DNA of 64,000 bases from a virus (IMGVR_UViG_3300031566_000011:17625-81624); one strand, 5' to 3'; numbered from the stretch's first letter, positions 31,101-39,696 are shown. Translations and numbers: made by a program. Notes: generated by a model not told the origin, from the sequence alone.

Positions 31101-33036
31101 CCTGCATAGATGCCAAGAATGTGTTTATATGACCTGTTAACGTATGTGCATGTTTTGCAGGTGAGGATTTTGTAGAAATATTATGTAAATCTAATCCATA
31201 TTTTTTTATATACTCAATAGAGTGAGCTCCACAATTATGTAATAACAACCCATTACTAGCAAACAATCCAGTTTCTGTTGTTATGTCATAAACAAAGTCT
31301 CTTTTATAATCAACTTCTTTAATATTTCTAACTAAATATGTGTCATGAAAAACTTTATTATCACAGAAAATAAAACTATTATTATCTATATGTTTTGATA
31401 TTTTATAAGACTTAGAAAATAGATGTTTTTTATCTTCTGATATATTAAAAGTTAATCTATATAAAGGATAATTAGCTTTAATTTTTGAATTTTTATAAAA
31501 CCCAACATAATTCAAGTTTGATTTTATTCCATTGTTTGTTAATATTTCTTGCATTTGTGATAATAAAACTTTTGAAGTTAATCTAATATTAATATTTGTA
31601 GAACTATTTTTTATAGTATTGCCTTTAAAGTTTTTAAGAGTTCCTTCTGCATCTATAACTCCATTAATTAAAGCAAATTGTTCATTTAATGATAACTCAA
31701 AAACATTGTTTGGAAATTGTCTTTGATATTGATAATATCCTAATGTTAATGTTTTTAATAAAAAATCTCTAAAACTTTTTTCATATATTCTAAAATATTT
31801 TTTCTCTTCATTATATCCAAATGAAATTTCTTTATCTATAAAGTATTGTTTAATGTTTTTTATATTTTCAATCCCAGTAACTGTTATATCATTATGGTTA
31901 AAACTTCCATCTCCTATAAACATTCCTAAAAAATAGCAAAAATCTTCGTCAAATTTTATTGTTTTGCCTTTAATTAAAACTTCTTTTTGTGTTTTAAAGT
32001 TATTTGTGTTAAAATTTTGCTCTATTAAAAAGTTATTTATTTTTACATCTTTTGCTTTTAATTCTATTATATTCGTATCAAATGTTTCAAGTTGGCTTTT
32101 AAATTGTCTATTGCAGTCTTTACATTTATAAGCCCTAGTATTTTTTATAATATTTTTATTACCATTTCTGATAACATTATTTGATTTACAATATTTACAT
32201 TCTGGCATATTAAAAGTATTTTTTTTAACTAACATAGAATGGTTTTCTGTCAATGTAACACTTTTTCCATTTAATGTTTGAATACTTAACATTCTTTTAT
32301 TGTTGTTTTTTATTTTTGTTACAAAATTAAGTGGTATAAATTTATTTTTCTCATAAATTTGGTATCCAATAGTTTTTTTTCTAAATATTCCTTCCTCAAC
32401 TTCTAACTCTTCTTTATCAATAGAATCGTATAAATTTTCCATAGAATATGATTTTATATTATTATTAATATCTTTTATAATAACGTGTTCATTATCTGGA
32501 AAACAATAAATTTTTTGGGGTGTTCCTAAATCATGTAAATGTATTCTACCTTTCAAATGTGCTTCTTTAACTTCTTTTGAAAATACATTATTTAAACCAT
32601 ATTGTTTTAATATTGTTTCTGATATTGCCATATTTACAGCTTCTGGATTATTCGCTACTATATTGCTATTTTCGTTGCTTTTATTAAACATTAAGTCTTC
32701 TATGGAATGTTTAGGCATCAAGTATGAGTCTTGTTGTTCTAACTGCTTTAAAAGTCCCATATCTAACAATTCATTATTAACAAGTTCTCTTATTAAACTT
32801 GTAGATAATGTTTTTATTCCAGAATTTATAATTTTCTCCTGTACTTTATGAGAAATTTCTATTGCAATATCTTTTTTTATATTGCTTTCTTCTCTTAAAA
32901 CTTCGACTATTTTATTGCTATCAAAACCTGTTAATTCATAATCAACTTCATCTTCTACTAATAAAACATTATCCGTACTATCTGCTTTATTATTTTTTTT
33001 CTTTTTTACTTTAATTTCTTTTATTTTATCTTCCAT
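28159..33036 (-). CDS. nrdD: anaerobic ribonucleoside-triphosphate reductase NrdD interrupted by two inteins
   Basis: N-terminal ATP-cone. NrdD signature HLKGRIHLHDLG. C-terminal Zn-ribbon CSKC…CENC. Extein sum is about 682 aa. Two insertions begin with Cys and end with HN followed by C/T. Confidence 0.85.
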   Translation of the reverse strand: MEDKIKEIKVKKKKNNKADSTDNVLLVEDEVDYELTGFDSNKIVEVLREESNIKKDIAIEISHKVQEKIINSGIKTLSTSLIRELVNNELLDMGLLKQLEQQDSYLMPKHSIEDLMFNKSNENSNIVANNPEAVNMAISETILKQYGLNNVFSKEVKEAHLKGRIHLHDLGTPQKIYCFPDNEHVIIKDINNNIKSYSMENLYDSIDKEELEVEEGIFRKKTIGYQIYEKNKFIPLNFVTKIKNNNKRMLSIQTLNGKSVTLTENHSMLVKKNTFNMPECKYCKSNNVIRNGNKNIIKNTRAYKCKDCNRQFKSQLETFDTNIIELKAKDVKINNFLIEQNFNTNNFKTQKEVLIKGKTIKFDEDFCYFLGMFIGDGSFNHNDITVTGIENIKNIKQYFIDKEISFGYNEEKKYFRIYEKSFRDFLLKTLTLGYYQYQRQFPNNVFELSLNEQFALINGVIDAEGTLKNFKGNTIKNSSTNINIRLTSKVLLSQMQEILTNNGIKSNLNYVGFYKNSKIKANYPLYRLTFNISEDKKHLFSKSYKISKHIDNNSFIFCDNKVFHDTYLVRNIKEVDYKRDFVYDITTETGLFASNGLLLHNCGAHSIEYIKKYGLDLHNISTKSSPAKHAHTLTGHINTFLASMQAYYAGALGLSYVNISYAPYLVGMTYEEMLKEAQYLVFSLSQNAFSRGGQSIKGCETIYVYNTITQKIEIPTIEEFYNKFDNKNDINKYKAISLNKETGECVLSDIYGAVKHERKNKLVDITCANGIKTSVTEDHSLFSIDKNSKINETNPNSMPEHFLSHINFDINKKIPKIDLLNYVPKEDIDEIEYTNTHIWYKKHKIGIIKRFIDIDDDFALLAGMYVADGGECDNSIEIHIFEGIKMKTIISNLFFNVFGKKASIKKNKVTLSNKLARILFCNLFGNIVYEKQIPSCILFNNKHIVKSFISGYLSGDGWVCKNRIGCSTVSNILAKHLHLAFSKIGCNVRQDIIYPKKNIFINNKLVKKSKKQYRLTIGIDNFDKIDFLLKRHNDKKNELLNNFNSHKINNTKNYNQLKYNYNHLKIDIKNVYKSKISLKCYKIKENRLNEIYDKTKKAIKEYLSYSTKINKQNIKEVFEDLYLFDNISKNTLQNTFNRNFCMRDIENDKVFEMAKTIIKNQINLMETLITNIEKSIKLLPLEVISINKSTEQDEYVYDISVREHENFLLGCGLFAHNTLFTDFNLHTGIPESLSCVQAIGQGGEYTGKTYFEYEKESQMFAKAIMEVVMIGDKNGRLFEFPKIDLHITKNSFERENEKELLNFACEVTSKNGSIYFIFDRDAITLSSCCRLRTTLDEKNKQDMLMISNPEHMRYCGFQNVTINLAQAAYRAGKGNIQEAIDDILISMDIAMNAHIQKRKFIQKMFDTKGSPMYNVGQPSCDGFPYIDLNSASYIFGVIGLNECVQFLTEKELHEDDETFKIGIKIITNMFLKTKKFTEKFGLKCVIEESPAESTSRRLAKVDLKEYPISKNYIKGDDLDTYYYTNSIHFNASIDMPITERIEKQSKFHSLIAAGAIIHAFVGENLPSKESIYNLVKKTWDNTNTAQIVISPEFSVCSKCGTMVKGLIDYCENCNSGDVEGIEYYQ
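29386..30942 (-). mobile_element. intein 2 in NrdD (519 aa) with LAGLIDADG homing endonuclease
   Basis: Begins …GGQSIKG|CETIYVY and ends …GLFAHN|TLFTDF. LAGLIDADG motifs FALLAGMYVADGGE and KSFISGYLSGDGWV. Confidence 0.7.
31234..32505 (-). mobile_element. intein 1 in NrdD (424 aa) with LAGLIDADG homing endonuclease and C2C2 zinc finger
   Basis: Begins HDLGTPQKIY|CFPDNEHV and ends …GLLLHN|CGAHS. Internal LAGLIDADG motifs FCYFLGMFIGDGSF and FALINGVIDAEGTL. Zn finger CKYCKS…CKDCNRQF. Confidence 0.7.
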
Positions 33037-33055
33037 TTTACCCCACCATCTTTAT

Positions 33056-33826
33056 TTATTTTTTAAAAAATTCTACAAACTTTTCGTTTCCATATTGATT
33101 TTGTGTTAAATCAATAATTTCTTGTATTGAATAATCTTGTTTCTTTACTTTGTTTGATTTTATGAAATCCTTGCATCCAAACCCACACGCACCTGTAATA
33201 GTTCTATACATTTTTATCATTTCTTCAAATGTTACAATTGTATCTAAATTCATGTCTTTATATTCGCTTGTATCACGATTAGATACTTTATATATCCAGT
33301 CTTCTTTTGCTTGTTTTAATGTTTCTCCGTGCGAGTATATTCCATCTTTTTTTATACAAACACCATCTTCAAAATAATATATTTCTATATCTTTTTGTTT
33401 TCGTTGTTTGATTACTTTTTTTCTAACACCATCAAAAAAACTTAAATATTCGTCTTTATATAAATAAATATCACCATGAAGTTTTTCAATATGATCAAAA
33501 TTATTAGGAATATTTATTATTTGGTTATTACTACAATAAAAACCATAACCAATTTCTTGTGGGCATCCTTCAAAACTTGTTAATTGGTTATTGCCACAAT
33601 TAAACCCACCACCAATTTTTTTAGGGCATCCTTCAAAACTTTTAATTTTGTTATTACTACAATCAAACCAACCACTAATTTTTTGTGGGCATCCTTTAAA
33701 ACTTGTTACTGGGTTATTCCTGCAATTAATATTTCCGTGATAAATCTTGCCTTGTATATCTTCATTCCCTTCAATTACATGCCACCAGTAACCAAATTCG
33801 CCTTCTTTATATTTGTTATTTTCCAT
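33056..33826 (-). CDS. Cys-containing LRR-like 22-aa tandem-repeat protein with conserved C-terminal domain
   Basis: Four repeats of CxNNxLTSFEGCPxxIxGxFx (CRNNPVTSFKGCPQKISGWFD / CSNNKIKSFEGCPKKIGGGFN / CGNNQLTSFEGCPQEIGYGFY / CSNNQIINIPNNF). The C-terminal domain is paralogous to the partial gene at 63851-64000. Confidence 0.4.
   Translation of the reverse strand: MENNKYKEGEFGYWWHVIEGNEDIQGKIYHGNINCRNNPVTSFKGCPQKISGWFDCSNNKIKSFEGCPKKIGGGFNCGNNQLTSFEGCPQEIGYGFYCSNNQIINIPNNFDHIEKLHGDIYLYKDEYLSFFDGVRKKVIKQRKQKDIEIYYFEDGVCIKKDGIYSHGETLKQAKEDWIYKVSNRDTSEYKDMNLDTIVTFEEMIKMYRTITGACGFGCKDFIKSNKVKKQDYSIQEIIDLTQNQYGNEKFVEFFKK
33466..33721. repeat. approximately 66-bp coding tandem repeats (4 copies)
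   Basis: DNA-level periodicity visible (…aaacccaccaccaattttttt agggcatccttcaaaact…). Mirrored as a spurious repetitive + strand ORF 33584-33865. Confidence 0.55.
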
Positions 33827-33940
33827 TATTATTTAATCCTTATTTTTTTATTTTATATATCTTAAAATTTGGATAGTTTATTTGCAAATTAAAATCATCA
33901 ACATTATTACTTGCAATAATATCTAAAGCAATAAATTTCA

Positions 33941-34450
33941 TTAAATATAAATTTCTTTAACCATATTATCTATTCCAACAACATCAAAACAACAATTTAT
34001 ATGATTTTCACTACAATATTCTCCATTATGCAAATGTCCGTGGATATTTATAGTAGCTTGACGACCATTACTCCTTAATTGATCTGGATTAATAGTATTA
34101 AAATGTAAAGGTTCATGGCTAAAATAATATTTACCAATAGATAAACCACCTAAACATTTAAAGTATTTCACATAAATATCTTTTATTTTTTTTGATGTAT
34201 CATGATTGCCTAAAATAAGAGTTATATTACCGTTTAGTCTACTAATAATATTTTCTATTTTTTCATAATCACTACCATAAGCAAAATCCCCTAAATGTAT
34301 CACCTTATCATTTGGTTTTATTTTTTCATTCCATTTTTTGATTATTGCCTCGTTCATTTCCTCAATAGACTTATATTGAGATCTATGAAAAGTAAGTATT
34401 TTATTGTGATAAAAATGAGTATCACTAACTATTTTTAATATTTTATTCAT
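33941..34450 (-). CDS. calcineurin-like metallophosphoesterase
   Basis: VSDTHFYH…HLGDFAYGSD…LGNHD…HGHLH motifs. 169 aa. Confidence 0.55.
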   Translation of the reverse strand: MNKILKIVSDTHFYHNKILTFHRSQYKSIEEMNEAIIKKWNEKIKPNDKVIHLGDFAYGSDYEKIENIISRLNGNITLILGNHDTSKKIKDIYVKYFKCLGGLSIGKYYFSHEPLHFNTINPDQLRSNGRQATINIHGHLHNGEYCSENHINCCFDVVGIDNMVKEIYI

Positions 34451-34683
34451 TTAGTTTCTTTAACATAATCAGTATTTCGCAATAATAACTTAATTTGATT
34501 AATTATTTCATCATTTGTCAAGTTGCCTTGTTTTGGTAAATTGGCAACATCACAAAATTTACATGAATGAGTGCATCCTTTCAGAGTGCTTACGGTCAAT
34601 AACCACTTATCTTTATAATCTACTAAATGATTCCAAATTATACGTGGATATTCTGTTTCCATGATTTCTTTATTTATCTTCAT
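34447..34683 (-). CDS. nrdG: NrdG-like radical-SAM activase, N-terminal half only (78 aa)
   Basis: CTHSCKFC = CxxxCxxC radical-SAM cluster motif. Aligns with the first ~75 residues of T4 NrdG. The Gly-rich SAM-binding half is absent. Stop overlaps the MPE start. Confidence 0.45.
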   Translation of the reverse strand: MKINKEIMETEYPRIIWNHLVDYKDKWLLTVSTLKGCTHSCKFCDVANLPKQGNLTNDEIINQIKLLLRNTDYVKETK

Positions 34684-34698
34684 ATATCACAACCTTTT

Positions 34699-35229
34699 TC
34701 ATTTTTTTTTGCATAGAAAATTTACATAATCAATTTCATCATTTAACATTTTTTTCAGTGAAGTATAAATTGGAGGAGTATATATAAATTCAGAATCTGC
34801 TTTATTAAACTCTATATTTATTGCTGCATCTAAATCACAGATAATTGTATTATATATTTTTTTGTTTACAACATTATGTTCCAAAACATCTAAAATCAAA
34901 TTTTTAAGATTAATTTTTTTAAGACTTAACCTTACAATCCTTAAAAATATAGGAAGTTTTTTTGATCTTAAAAGTGCTATATACATATTTTCTTCTTGGT
35001 TATCTTTATTGTCCATTTTAATATTATATTTTTTTATACATTTCATGCCAAATAATTTATTTATATTTTTTATTTTATGATTTAAAATTAATATAAATTC
35101 ATTATATATCTGCGAATCTTCTCGTGTTGTAAACAGATCACACTCATCCTTTTTAAAAAATATTAAATCTTTTACTTGCATTATAATATCACCACATATT
35201 TGTTCTTTAATTTTCTCTATTCTTGACAA
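34699..35229 (-). CDS. hypothetical protein
   Basis: 176-aa ORF in the minus-strand early/replication block. Confidence 0.25.
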   Translation of the reverse strand: MSRIEKIKEQICGDIIMQVKDLIFFKKDECDLFTTREDSQIYNEFILILNHKIKNINKLFGMKCIKKYNIKMDNKDNQEENMYIALLRSKKLPIFLRIVRLSLKKINLKNLILDVLEHNVVNKKIYNTIICDLDAAINIEFNKADSEFIYTPPIYTSLKKMLNDEIDYVNFLCKKK

Positions 35230-35339
35230 CTTTCAAACATTTCAAAATTAACCACTTTTCCACATTTTACGCAAATATCGCAAATATATGTTCTATTTTT
35301 AGGCTTTTTCAAAATAGTTTCTATCATAGCCCCATTCAT
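35217..35339 (-). CDS. small zinc-ribbon protein (40 aa)
   Basis: MNGAMIETILKKPKNRTYICDICVKCGKVVNFEMFESCQE with RBS AAAGGTAAAG. Two CxxC pairs. Not in the ORF track because it is below the 60-aa cutoff. Confidence 0.25.
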   Translation of the reverse strand: MNGAMIETILKKPKNRTYICDICVKCGKVVNFEMFESCQE

Positions 35340-35508
35340 TTTACTTTACCTTTGAATGCTAGTTTTATGTCTTCTAAGCATGTATATTATGTATTATATC
35401 TTGGTTCAAACTTATGATTATTTTTCGAACATAATTGAAAAAACATAATTTCAAATCTCCTTTTAACCATTATTTATTTTAATTTATTTTTCAGGGTTTG
35501 TCAAATTT

Positions 35509-36057
35509 TTATTTAGAAAAGTTTATTTGGCAGTATTTTCCTATCATAATAGCATCATAAAATTCAATATCCTTTTTAAAACCACCTCTTTTTTTCCTTT
35601 GACAATAATTTTCTAATAAATATTCTTTATCCATGATAACGAATGATTTATCTTGAACTATAATCTTCTTTAATGATTTGAGCTGAGCATTATTTTTATC
35701 TAAATAATCTGATTTTTTAATAATACAATCAAAATGTTCTTTCCAATGCTGTGGCGTTACCATGCTATAATCAATATTTAATGTTTTAAAAATACTTTCT
35801 ACCCATCCAGCACTATACCCAAACTTAAACGAACTTACAGCCCCATTGTTAGGCATAGAGTGGACTTTTTCTATACAAGCATAAATATTACTATAATCCG
35901 AAATAAACCCTAACAACTCGCCACAAAACTCTTTAATGCTATCTAATTTTCTAAAGTCTATGTAATGTCTTGGATTCTTTTCTTTATCATAAAAAAAAGA
36001 ACATCCACCTTTATCGCCAATATCAACGCCAATATATAAAGTTTTATTATTCATAAC
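35509..36057 (-). CDS. RuvC-like / RNase H-fold nuclease (Holliday junction resolvase candidate)
   Basis: From the internal Met the protein starts MNNKTLYIGVDIGDKGGCSFF, resembling the RuvC/YqgF N-terminus (GIDPG…). Track ORF starts 22 codons earlier (35509-36123). Confidence 0.35.
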   Translation of the reverse strand, partial: VMNNKTLYIGVDIGDKGGCSFFYDKEKNPRHYIDFRKLDSIKEFCGELLGFISDYSNIYACIEKVHSMPNNGAVSSFKFGYSAGWVESIFKTLNIDYSMVTPQHWKEHFDCIIKKSDYLDKNNAQLKSLKKIIVQDKSFVIMDKEYLLENYCQRKKRGGFKKDIEFYDAIMIGKYCQINFSK

Positions 36058-36240
36058 AATAAACTCCTTATATTTAAAATATGCAATACAAAAATACTTA
36101 ACGAGAAAAACAATACTCCACATATTATTTTTTCATTTTTTGTGCTTGGATATTTCTTTAATTCATAAGCAAATGATATAGAAAATAAAGTATACAAAAT
36201 TAGAAATATTATTTTAAATATCATTATAATCGTATCCTTA

Positions 36241-36681
36241 TTATTTCTTTTTATTAATTTTGATTTTAATACTTTTCAATAAAGACAAAGCTTCATTTTG
36301 ATTTTCCATCATTTTATTAATATTTTCAGCATTAAGTTGTGTTAAAAATTTATCTGGAACATAATCAGGAGAATAAAAATTAATATAACATACTTCACTA
36401 TTTGGTTTTTTATCTATAAGTATATTTACTTTAATATCATCACCTATTTTATAATATTTTGAAAATTCTGTTTCAAATCCTTCTACCCAACCTTCCCATT
36501 TATCCAACCATTCTGTCCATCCTTCCCATCCATTATTTTTTTCAAGATCTAATTGCTGTATATAATCTTTTATTTTGTCTATTTTAATTTCTAAAATTTT
36601 ACTTTTTTTCTTTTTCCCAGATGTTTTTTTTTGAATAATATCTAATACTTTCCCCTCAAAATGCTTAATAAATTTATACAT
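36241..36681 (-). CDS. hypothetical protein (Trp/Glu-rich)
   Basis: 146-aa ORF. WEGWTEWLDKWEGWVEGFETEF repeats. Confidence 0.25.
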   Translation of the reverse strand: MYKFIKHFEGKVLDIIQKKTSGKKKKSKILEIKIDKIKDYIQQLDLEKNNGWEGWTEWLDKWEGWVEGFETEFSKYYKIGDDIKVNILIDKKPNSEVCYINFYSPDYVPDKFLTQLNAENINKMMENQNEALSLLKSIKIKINKKK

Positions 36682-36730
36682 TGTTTTTCCTTTTGTTTTT
36701 ATTGTTAATTATTATATTAAAATATAATTA

Positions 36731-36982
36731 TTATATATATATAAGTTTTTTTATTTTTTTTACATCTCTATTAATGCAAGATTCGTTATCATATATTAGG
36801 GTTAGAGAACATTTATTTTTGAAATTAAAAACTAAATGAAACATTTGTAAATCAAATTTTTTTTTAGATAACTCATCATTGCTTATTTTTTCTTTATAAA
36901 AATAAACTATTTCATCAGTTCTTATATGTTTGTCTCCTATAGCAATAAATTCTTCTTTACATTTTGGTTCTGGTATCCTCAA
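36731..36982 (-). CDS. hypothetical protein
   Basis: 83-aa ORF. Confidence 0.2.
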   Translation of the reverse strand: MRIPEPKCKEEFIAIGDKHIRTDEIVYFYKEKISNDELSKKKFDLQMFHLVFNFKNKCSLTLIYDNESCINRDVKKIKKLIYI

Positions 36983-36994
36983 TTTAAAGCTCCT

Positions 36995-37339
36995 TTATTT
37001 TTTTACAACACTATAATCTTTAATATCTTTTATAATATCATTTTTATATGTTTTTAAAATATTAATAATTTCATCCTTGCCTTTATTGAGGTTAATTTTA
37101 ATATCTTTTATTTGAGTAACACTGTCGTCTTCTATTTTTAACTGTAATACTTTACTAAAAGCATCATCTAATGTTCCATAATATCCTTCTGTTTTATATT
37201 CCTGTTCTAGGCTTTCATCTTTTACCTTTTTTACTATACATAATTTTTGTATTCTAAATCCATGCCTATCTAGTCTTTCTATTATATAGTTTTTTAATTC
37301 AATCTTAAGCATCTCTTTTTTTAACTTTTCTGTTGACAT
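36995..37339 (-). CDS. hypothetical protein
   Basis: 114-aa ORF. Confidence 0.2.
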   Translation of the reverse strand: MSTEKLKKEMLKIELKNYIIERLDRHGFRIQKLCIVKKVKDESLEQEYKTEGYYGTLDDAFSKVLQLKIEDDSVTQIKDIKINLNKGKDEIINILKTYKNDIIKDIKDYSVVKK

Positions 37340-37450
37340 AAAAACTCCTTATTTTTTAAAATAGCATACCCTGTAAAAACTATTGTTGATAAAAGGAGGT
37401 GCTCAAAAACCAACATAATTCTTACAGGGGATTTATTGCTAAATTAATTT

Positions 37451-37732
37451 CTATTTTATAAATAATACACTATCTTGATTTACTATTACATACTCTTCAT
37501 TTTCAATCTTGATACTTTTTTCTGAATATTTTTCAAATATTACTATATCTCCAATTTTAACTTGCATATCAATTGGTTCTCCATTAGAATCTGTTTTCCC
37601 AGTGCCAACTAATATAACTTCACCTTCGTGAGGTTTTTCTTTGCTTGAATCTGGAAGAAATATTCCATTTACTTTTTCTTCTACTTCTTTTACTTTTATT
37701 AAAATATTATCATTTAACATTGTCCCTTTCAC
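37451..37732 (-). CDS. groES: co-chaperonin GroES/Hsp10 (or T4 gp31-like)
   Basis: MLNDNILIKVKEVEEKVNGIFLPDSSKEKPHEGEVILVGTG…GDIVIFEKYS…VIVNQDSVLFI matches the GroES pattern along its whole length. Confidence 0.7.
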   Translation of the reverse strand: MKGTMLNDNILIKVKEVEEKVNGIFLPDSSKEKPHEGEVILVGTGKTDSNGEPIDMQVKIGDIVIFEKYSEKSIKIENEEYVIVNQDSVLFIK

Positions 37733-37745
37733 ATAATGCTCCTTA

Positions 37746-38039
37746 TTATTTTACTTCATAATTCCCTTTTTGTCTATCTTTTAATTCACCTTTTTTTGAT
37801 TTATTCCAATTTAATATTTTACTAAAATATCCTACTATTCTAGTTATACCTTCCATAACTATAGGCTCTCTTCCGTTTAGGACAGCCACAATATCAGCTT
37901 GACTTTTATATTTAAGTTTATTTTTATGTATTTTATACTTACATTGTGTGTTTTTGTTTAATACTTTTATAATATTATCTTTTTCTTTTGTTATTTCAAT
38001 ATAATCCAAATTTCTTAAGAAATCTACATTCATTACCAT
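37746..38039 (-). CDS. hypothetical protein
   Basis: 97-aa ORF. Confidence 0.2.
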   Translation of the reverse strand: MVMNVDFLRNLDYIEITKEKDNIIKVLNKNTQCKYKIHKNKLKYKSQADIVAVLNGREPIVMEGITRIVGYFSKILNWNKSKKGELKDRQKGNYEVK

Positions 38040-38056
38040 TTCATATCTCCTTTTAA

Positions 38057-38734
38057 TTATACAATATTAAACTTATTTCTTCTCCACATAGTATTTGTTA
38101 ATACCAATGGATAATTTACATTTACTGAATGTTCACAAGCAGCTTTAACCGCTGAACAACATTTTTCTTCTATAAGCATATCTATATATCTTGTGGCATA
38201 TAAACTACCATAAGCAAAATGACTTCCATCCCCTATAGCTATATATTCATCTATTTCGGTTACAGCCCCACCGCAACCAATTTGAAATAATTGATTTTTA
38301 TATGCAATTAATAATTCTGACTGCATATTTTTTGCACCATCGCAATATATTAACCTATCATTCTCATCTAATATTGAAAATATTCTTGGTCTTATGTGAT
38401 TAACAACAAAATCATAATCAAATTTATAAATATTTTTTTCCAACATTATCGTATTTGATAATTCTTTTTTTATATTAATTTTATCTTTAAAACCAATCTC
38501 ATCTACCTCATCTAACTTATCTGTTGGGATAATATCATAAATTGATTTTAAAATTGAATGGTCAGTCCAATTACCTACCATTCCTATTAATAAATGTTTA
38601 TTTTGTTTGCTTCTAAATATTTTATAGTTATTTTTATTTCCTATTAAGTTTGTTTTTAATCCTCCATAAGTTAACTGAGAATCACATGCCATCCAAACAC
38701 TATTTGAACTTTTAACTGCCACTACTACAGACAT
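38057..38734 (-). CDS. HslV/proteasome-beta-like Ntn-hydrolase peptidase
   Basis: From the internal Met: MSVVVAVKSSNSVWMACDSQLTYGG…LIGMVGN… and …IAIGDGSHFAYGSL resemble HslV (TTIVSVRRNG.VVIAGDGQ…IAIGSGGPYA). The N-terminal nucleophile is Ser, not Thr. Confidence 0.4.
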   Translation of the reverse strand: MSVVVAVKSSNSVWMACDSQLTYGGLKTNLIGNKNNYKIFRSKQNKHLLIGMVGNWTDHSILKSIYDIIPTDKLDEVDEIGFKDKINIKKELSNTIMLEKNIYKFDYDFVVNHIRPRIFSILDENDRLIYCDGAKNMQSELLIAYKNQLFQIGCGGAVTEIDEYIAIGDGSHFAYGSLYATRYIDMLIEEKCCSAVKAACEHSVNVNYPLVLTNTMWRRNKFNIV

Positions 38735-38932
38735 CTTTTCTCCTTTACATTTATTATTATTATTTAAAAAATAAAACAATAGCATAATTTTTAAAAAATA
38801 TTCCATAAAAACCTAATTTATTACTATTACGATGAAAATCTTTTGATATTTTAAACTTAAAACCAATATCAAATGAATTATTATAAATTTTAATACTAAT
38901 TTTATTAAATTTTACAATCATTTTTTATACTT

Positions 38933-39376
38933 TTAAAATGGTATATCTTGATCTTCTGCCTCGTCCGCAATATTCCATTTATCTTTTTTTGTTTCTTGTT
39001 TGGAATTAATATCATTTAGTACAGGTTCATTCTTTATTAAGTTTTGAATTCTATAAACAATTATTTCAGTGAATGTTCTTTCTGTATCTGTTTTATCAAT
39101 ATATTTTCTTGTTTGTATCTTCCCTTCCAAAAATACAGGGTTTCCTTTTTTAAGTTTATCTGTTAAATTTTCAGCCTGTTTTCCATTTAATGTAAAGTTT
39201 AGAAAATGTGTTCTATCAACCCACTCTCCTGTTGTTTGATTTTTATAGTTATCATTGACAGCTATACATCCATTTAAAACACTTCCTCCATTACTAAATG
39301 TTTTCAACTCACAATCTTTTATTAACCTTCCTGTTAATTGAACACTATTAATGTTCGGCAATCTAATCTCACTCAT
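38933..39376 (-). CDS. ssb: single-stranded DNA-binding protein
   Basis: OB-fold-like core and acidic C-terminal tail …EDQDIPF (SSB signature D-D-D-I-P-F). Start taken at internal MSEIRLPN. Confidence 0.7.
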   Translation of the reverse strand: MSEIRLPNINSVQLTGRLIKDCELKTFSNGGSVLNGCIAVNDNYKNQTTGEWVDRTHFLNFTLNGKQAENLTDKLKKGNPVFLEGKIQTRKYIDKTDTERTFTEIIVYRIQNLIKNEPVLNDINSKQETKKDKWNIADEAEDQDIPF

Positions 39377-39392
39377 TTTATTTCTCCTTTTT

Positions 39393-39668
39393 TTATACCA
39401 TATTAGGCATTGAATTACCATCACAACCATTTTTATCTGATTTAACATTTTCTGGATTTATACCATCTCCAATAACTTCTATCCTACCATCATCAAACCA
39501 CATCACTTCAAGTAGCTTTCCATCATCGCCAAGCCCAGGGTTAATTGCATATTGAGCACATCCATATAAATGATAACATTTACCAGTAATTATTCCTGTA
39601 TACCCAGTAATTTTATCTCTACATTTTTTGCCTAATAACTTTAAATGTTTTTCTAGTCTTTCTCTCAT
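39393..39668 (-). CDS. hypothetical protein
   Basis: 91-aa ORF. Confidence 0.2.
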   Translation of the reverse strand: MRERLEKHLKLLGKKCRDKITGYTGIITGKCYHLYGCAQYAINPGLGDDGKLLEVMWFDDGRIEVIGDGINPENVKSDKNGCDGNSMPNMV

Positions 39669-39696
39669 TAAATTTCTCCTTTTTTTTTAAAATTTA

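Noticed and set aside
33466-33721. Possible CRISPR array because of regularly spaced repeats
   Set aside because: The repeats are in-frame coding repeats of a protein (22-aa units). Spacers are not unique sequences and no cas genes are nearby. No CRISPR-like array was seen elsewhere in the window.
33584-33865. Plus-strand 93-aa ORF with repeated VITTIKPTTNF motifs
   Set aside because: Antisense reflection of the 66-bp tandem coding repeats of the minus-strand LRR-like gene. The minus-strand gene has the coherent full-length reading frame.
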